A stretch of 63,556 bases of DNA, the filler included, from Octopus bimaculoides (lineage: Eukaryota): the NCBI RefSeq assembly GCF_001194135.2. It is 6 parts of 5 records of this genome, joined end to end, with 100 filler letters (N's around TTAATTAATTAA, not from the genome) between each part and the next. Parts side by side here need not be neighbours in the genome. Positions count along the whole stretch, not along the records: positions 62,299 to 63,556 come from NW_026404716.1; 5 more parts are not named here. One strand, written 5' to 3'. Each line of letters opens with the position of its first letter. The stretch's first letter is position 1. The position numbers were made by a program, and so were the translations under genes. Of this stretch, positions 62,477-63,556 are shown piece after piece. The notes under the pieces were generated by a model. The model was not told where the DNA came from. It worked only from the letters and a program-made list of their open reading frames with translations, and made no database searches.

Positions 62477-63556
62477 TCAACAAGAGTTAACTAATTAACC
62501 AATACTCCAATAAACATACCGTTTGGTTGACTAATCGGTCGGTCAATCAATCAATCAATCAGCCGACGAATGAATCGTCTAGTTTTGACACAGTTCTTCC
62601 GTAGCCATTCGAGGCCTCACCAATCACATGACCCCGGTCACTCCAGCTCTGTCACTGATAAAGCCACAAATAGCGACGAGGAAGAATTCTCGCTAAACTA
62701 GCTGAATAATTGTTTAAGTGATTGTTTGATTCATTGATTGATTGATTGATTGGTTAACTGATCGATCGAACAATCAATCAAGTACCGAAACCTTAGAAAT
62801 GTTAGTAAAACAGTTTAAAGATAGGCAAAGATTATACAGTAGGCATTTTAGATACAATGGCGTTATATTTGCTCGGCAGAGCTCCGTCGTTATAACATAG
62901 AAGCATTGAATAAAGAAGATATATTTGAGCATTAAATGTTTGCCAATGCCAACGCCATCTACAAAGACAAGGAGGGAAAGGGTTGTTTATGGAAGACCAG
63001 CAGTCCCTCATACATACATACATACATACTGAAAATGACGTGACACGCCAGAAATGGAAAATTCCAGAAATTCTTCAGGGTAGCTCCAGCTGATATAGAC
63101 ACTGTGTGCCGCTATGACACGTGACTTAGTAAGCAATGACGATTACCATGTTTATTTATTTATATACTTTATTATTATTATTTTTTACATTAAGCATAAA
63201 ACGTAATTTTTACGCAAAAACTGAATTTTCCCTCCAGGTATGGTTGTAACATGACTAGAGTCATTATTTTAAAATTAAAATGCTGACTTTTTTTTCCCAG
63301 ATTCCATTTTATTTACCTGTAATTACATTCTACGCCTAGTTTTTTTTATATCTTACATAAAACCTACTACGTACCTGTGTTGTAATAATTAAAATAAAAA
63401 TGGCGCATGTGTACTGTAAGGTTTTAATCAAAACTTGACATTATGGGAGATGACTGAAATATCATCTTTTTGGTGGTATTACGTATAAAAATACTTATTA
63501 AATGAAAAAACAAACAAAAGGCATCGGAGGGGTGACGCATACTCCGCGCTGATAAA

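Overview
This is eukaryotic, AT-rich, microsatellite-dense animal DNA. It most likely comes from an octopus, inferred from the cephalopod-type C2H2 zinc-finger gene and from SINE/LINE families I recognise from memory, with no database search. The window is stitched from at least six contigs, joined by N44-TTAATTAATTAA-N44 artificial linkers, and has many additional gaps. Recognisable host genes are few: an 18-finger C2H2 ZNF (+, 16538-18073) with a decayed N-terminal region and decayed 3' fingers; the first coding exon of a COP9 signalosome subunit 2-like gene (-, 37245-37292) whose other exons I could not find; and a possible divergent + strand exon. Most of the rest is transposon debris: RTE, CR1 and Tx1/L1 LINEs, several Penelope-like elements (PLEs), Merlin, MULE, Tc1 and mariner transposase relics, a solo-LTR-like insert and many SINEs. 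Three observations stand out. (1) There is a set of PLE-associated hammerhead-ribozyme-like motifs, including a near-complete type I fold just 3' of a GIY-YIG ORF. (2) Two GG-terminated MITEs with 8-bp TSDs lie next to a Merlin transposase relic, and one of them is inserted at the ZNF's apparent 5' exon and carries CCAAT/CRE/ETS-like motifs. (3) There are several long fold-back hairpins. I found no clearly novel protein-coding system. Coordinates of decayed repeats are approximate.
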